Part shown: one piece after another, positions 61,735 through 64,000 of the stretch
How positions within the stretch are numbered: position 1 is the first letter of the stretch
Layout: every line of letters starts with the position of its first letter
Assembly: GCF_018350175.1 (NCBI RefSeq)
Contig: NC_058368.1
Location: 135,534,001 to 135,598,000, forward strand
DNA: 64,000 nucleotides
DNA from: Felis catus
Taxonomy: Eukaryota
Reading direction: 5' to 3'
Translations under genes and position numbers: made by a program
Notes under the pieces: model-generated
What the model was told of the DNA's origin: nothing
The model's input: the letters and a program-made list of their open reading frames with translations, nothing else
Database searches by the model: none

Positions 61735-64000
61735 TAGGTGTGACCCACCCGGCTCGCGCCTCCGGAGCGGCTCTCCCACTCGCGGACCCGGACGGCAGCT
61801 GCCCCCCGGGCGCGCGGGCACCGGCGTCGCTCCTGTCCCATTGACAGCCCGGTGCGCCCTCAGCTCAGCTCGCGCGCGCGGGGAGCCGTCCGTCGTCTCC
61901 CTCTGCCTCGGGTGCCTGTGACTTTCATTGGCTCCCCTGTTGCTCGCTGCAGAATGAACGCTCTAAAACCCAGGGCCGTTCTGCTGGAGTTTCTGGTCTG
62001 TTCAAGGCAGACCGTTAACCTTCGCTCTGCCAGCCGGCCCACGGGAGACGTTTCTCTGGTCCGTGACAAACATTTCTGTTGGCTCTTTCTCCCTGCAACA
62101 GTAGTTTAGTGACTACTTAACCTTTCTGGCGTCTCCCTGCGTAAGTTAGGGGAAGGTGTCACCATCTTCAGGCGAAGAAACCAAAGTACAAACGGATGAA
62201 CTTCGATATTCAGGTTAACCCCGTACATCAAAAATGCAGCCCGGCATCTAGTTTTCTTTATCTTTCTGATTTTATTTTTTTATTATTAAATGAGAAATGT
62301 GTGCTCATGGTAAATACAAAAAAAAAACAAAAAAAAAAAACAAAAAAAACAAACCCCACCTCAAACACTACAAAAATTTCTAGAATGAAAAGCGGAAATA
62401 CCACCTTACCAGCCCCCCCCCATGTTCCCACTAACCTCCAGAGGTAAGTACAGTAACCACTTGCGAGTGTCTCCTTGATTTGTCTTAAGTTCTGAAGTAG
62501 TGTCAGAGATGCATAGAATTCAGCCCAACGGTTTTGTTGGAATTGGTATTTAGTGTCTTCATTTTTAATGAGGTTCTGTTTTTTCCTTACTCCTTTTGAG
62601 ATTTAAAGATTGTTTTGATAAATCCTTTGAAACTGTAGAAATAGCGTTGCTAACACACCTTTTTTTACTGAAAAGGAAAGAACACATAAAATGCTGGAAC
62701 AGAACTTTAATCAATTGCATTTTTGTAGTATAAGTTTAATTTTCTAATCTCTTGTAAATAACAGCATCACATATTATTGACCGAACCATGACAGGGAAAT
62801 GCAATAGGCTATTCTGGTCTGGATTTTCGTAGTAGAGGGAAAAAGTTGCTGTAAAGAACAGTAATAGGTCTGTTGACAAAATTAGACCATGGGTGATGAA
62901 GTAGCATAAAAATGTTAAATTTTCTGAAGTTGAAAACTTTCCTGATTTTATAAGAAAATGTCCATGTTCTTAGGAAATCCAAATTTAGGGGTAAAAAATG
63001 TGTTGTAAGTAACTTATTCTTAAGTGGTTGAGGAAAAAAACGCATGTATTTAAAGAGAGAGAGATAATGCGAATGGGACAATTAACAATGAGGGAATCCA
63101 GGTAAAGGGTATATGATTCTTGCCACTTTTCTGTAAACTAGAAATTATTTTTATTAAATAGTTTCAAGCTATTATTTATTCAGGAGATTACTATGTTAAG
63201 TAGATGTAGTAAACAGTCTTTTGCTTAGCAGAACTGCTCTTGTAGTTCATCAGAAAAATTCAGCTCAGGAGTGATTGCATTTTTAATAGATTCCCAGTTG
63301 GAAGCATTTTCCTTTGTCTAGACTAATAATCCAATACTAGTTATAATCTGCAGCAGAAACTAGTTCACAAATCCTTTACTTGTGTGTATTTTTATGCCCA
63401 AATTCACAATTTAAAACAATTGTTTAAAATCCTTCTTTTCAGCTTCTGTAAGTACTCTTTGCAGGAAACAGGGTGACGGTCAACATTGTTGGACACCTGT
63501 GTCCGATGTGCTTTGAGTATAGCATCTAATTTAATCCTTAATACAGTGCTACAGACTACATAATAGTATTCTTGTTTCACAGATCAAGAAACTGATATAT
63601 AGAAAAAAGTTTATTGTCAGAAGTTAACAGAAAGAATAACTGAACTAGGAATCAGTTATCCTAAACCCCATGCCTTACATGCACTGATTTTGTTTTTTGT
63701 TTACTGGAGAACCATGAGCTGCTGCACTGGGCAAAGCCCAAGAAGCACATTTAGACCCAAACCCAAATTTCAGTAATTCCAGTTTAGAGAACCAGAGATT
63801 TTTGTAATCCTATGTATAAAAGACCAGTGATATGTTTGATGGAACTAGTTAATGGCAAATCATGATTTATAACTTGAGTAGGTCAAGTATGTCTCCCAGA
63901 GTTGCCCAGAAAGTAGCTCAAAGACCACTGCCCTTGTTGAAGAGCCTCCCTCTCCTCACCCCCACATCTTTCCTTAGTAAATAAAGCTGTTTCGGTGTTT

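Overview
Mammalian genomic DNA, almost certainly from a felid carnivore (felid-type Can-SINEs, carnivore L1). About 61 kb of repeat-rich upstream sequence leads into the CpG-island promoter, 5'UTR, first coding exon (61651-61733) and start of intron 1 of SLC30A5 (zinc transporter ZnT5, + strand). The promoter carries an exact ZTRE zinc-repression palindrome, an XBP1/UPRE site and NRF1-type sites, and the 5'UTR has two uORFs. The upstream region holds about 50 Can-SINEs (many nested, with readable TSDs), a near-full-length dead L1 with three SINE insertions, a 5'-truncated L1, older L1M/L2/MIR, MaLR/ERV LTRs, hAT fossils and microsatellites. Most long ORFs in the track are SINE- or L1-derived. 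The most speculative lead is a chain of minus-strand, phase-compatible exon-like segments (about 44.7-60.6 kb) head-to-head with SLC30A5. It could be a decayed unannotated gene or a spliced divergent transcript, but it is unproven. Repeat family names come from recalled consensus sequences, not from a database search.
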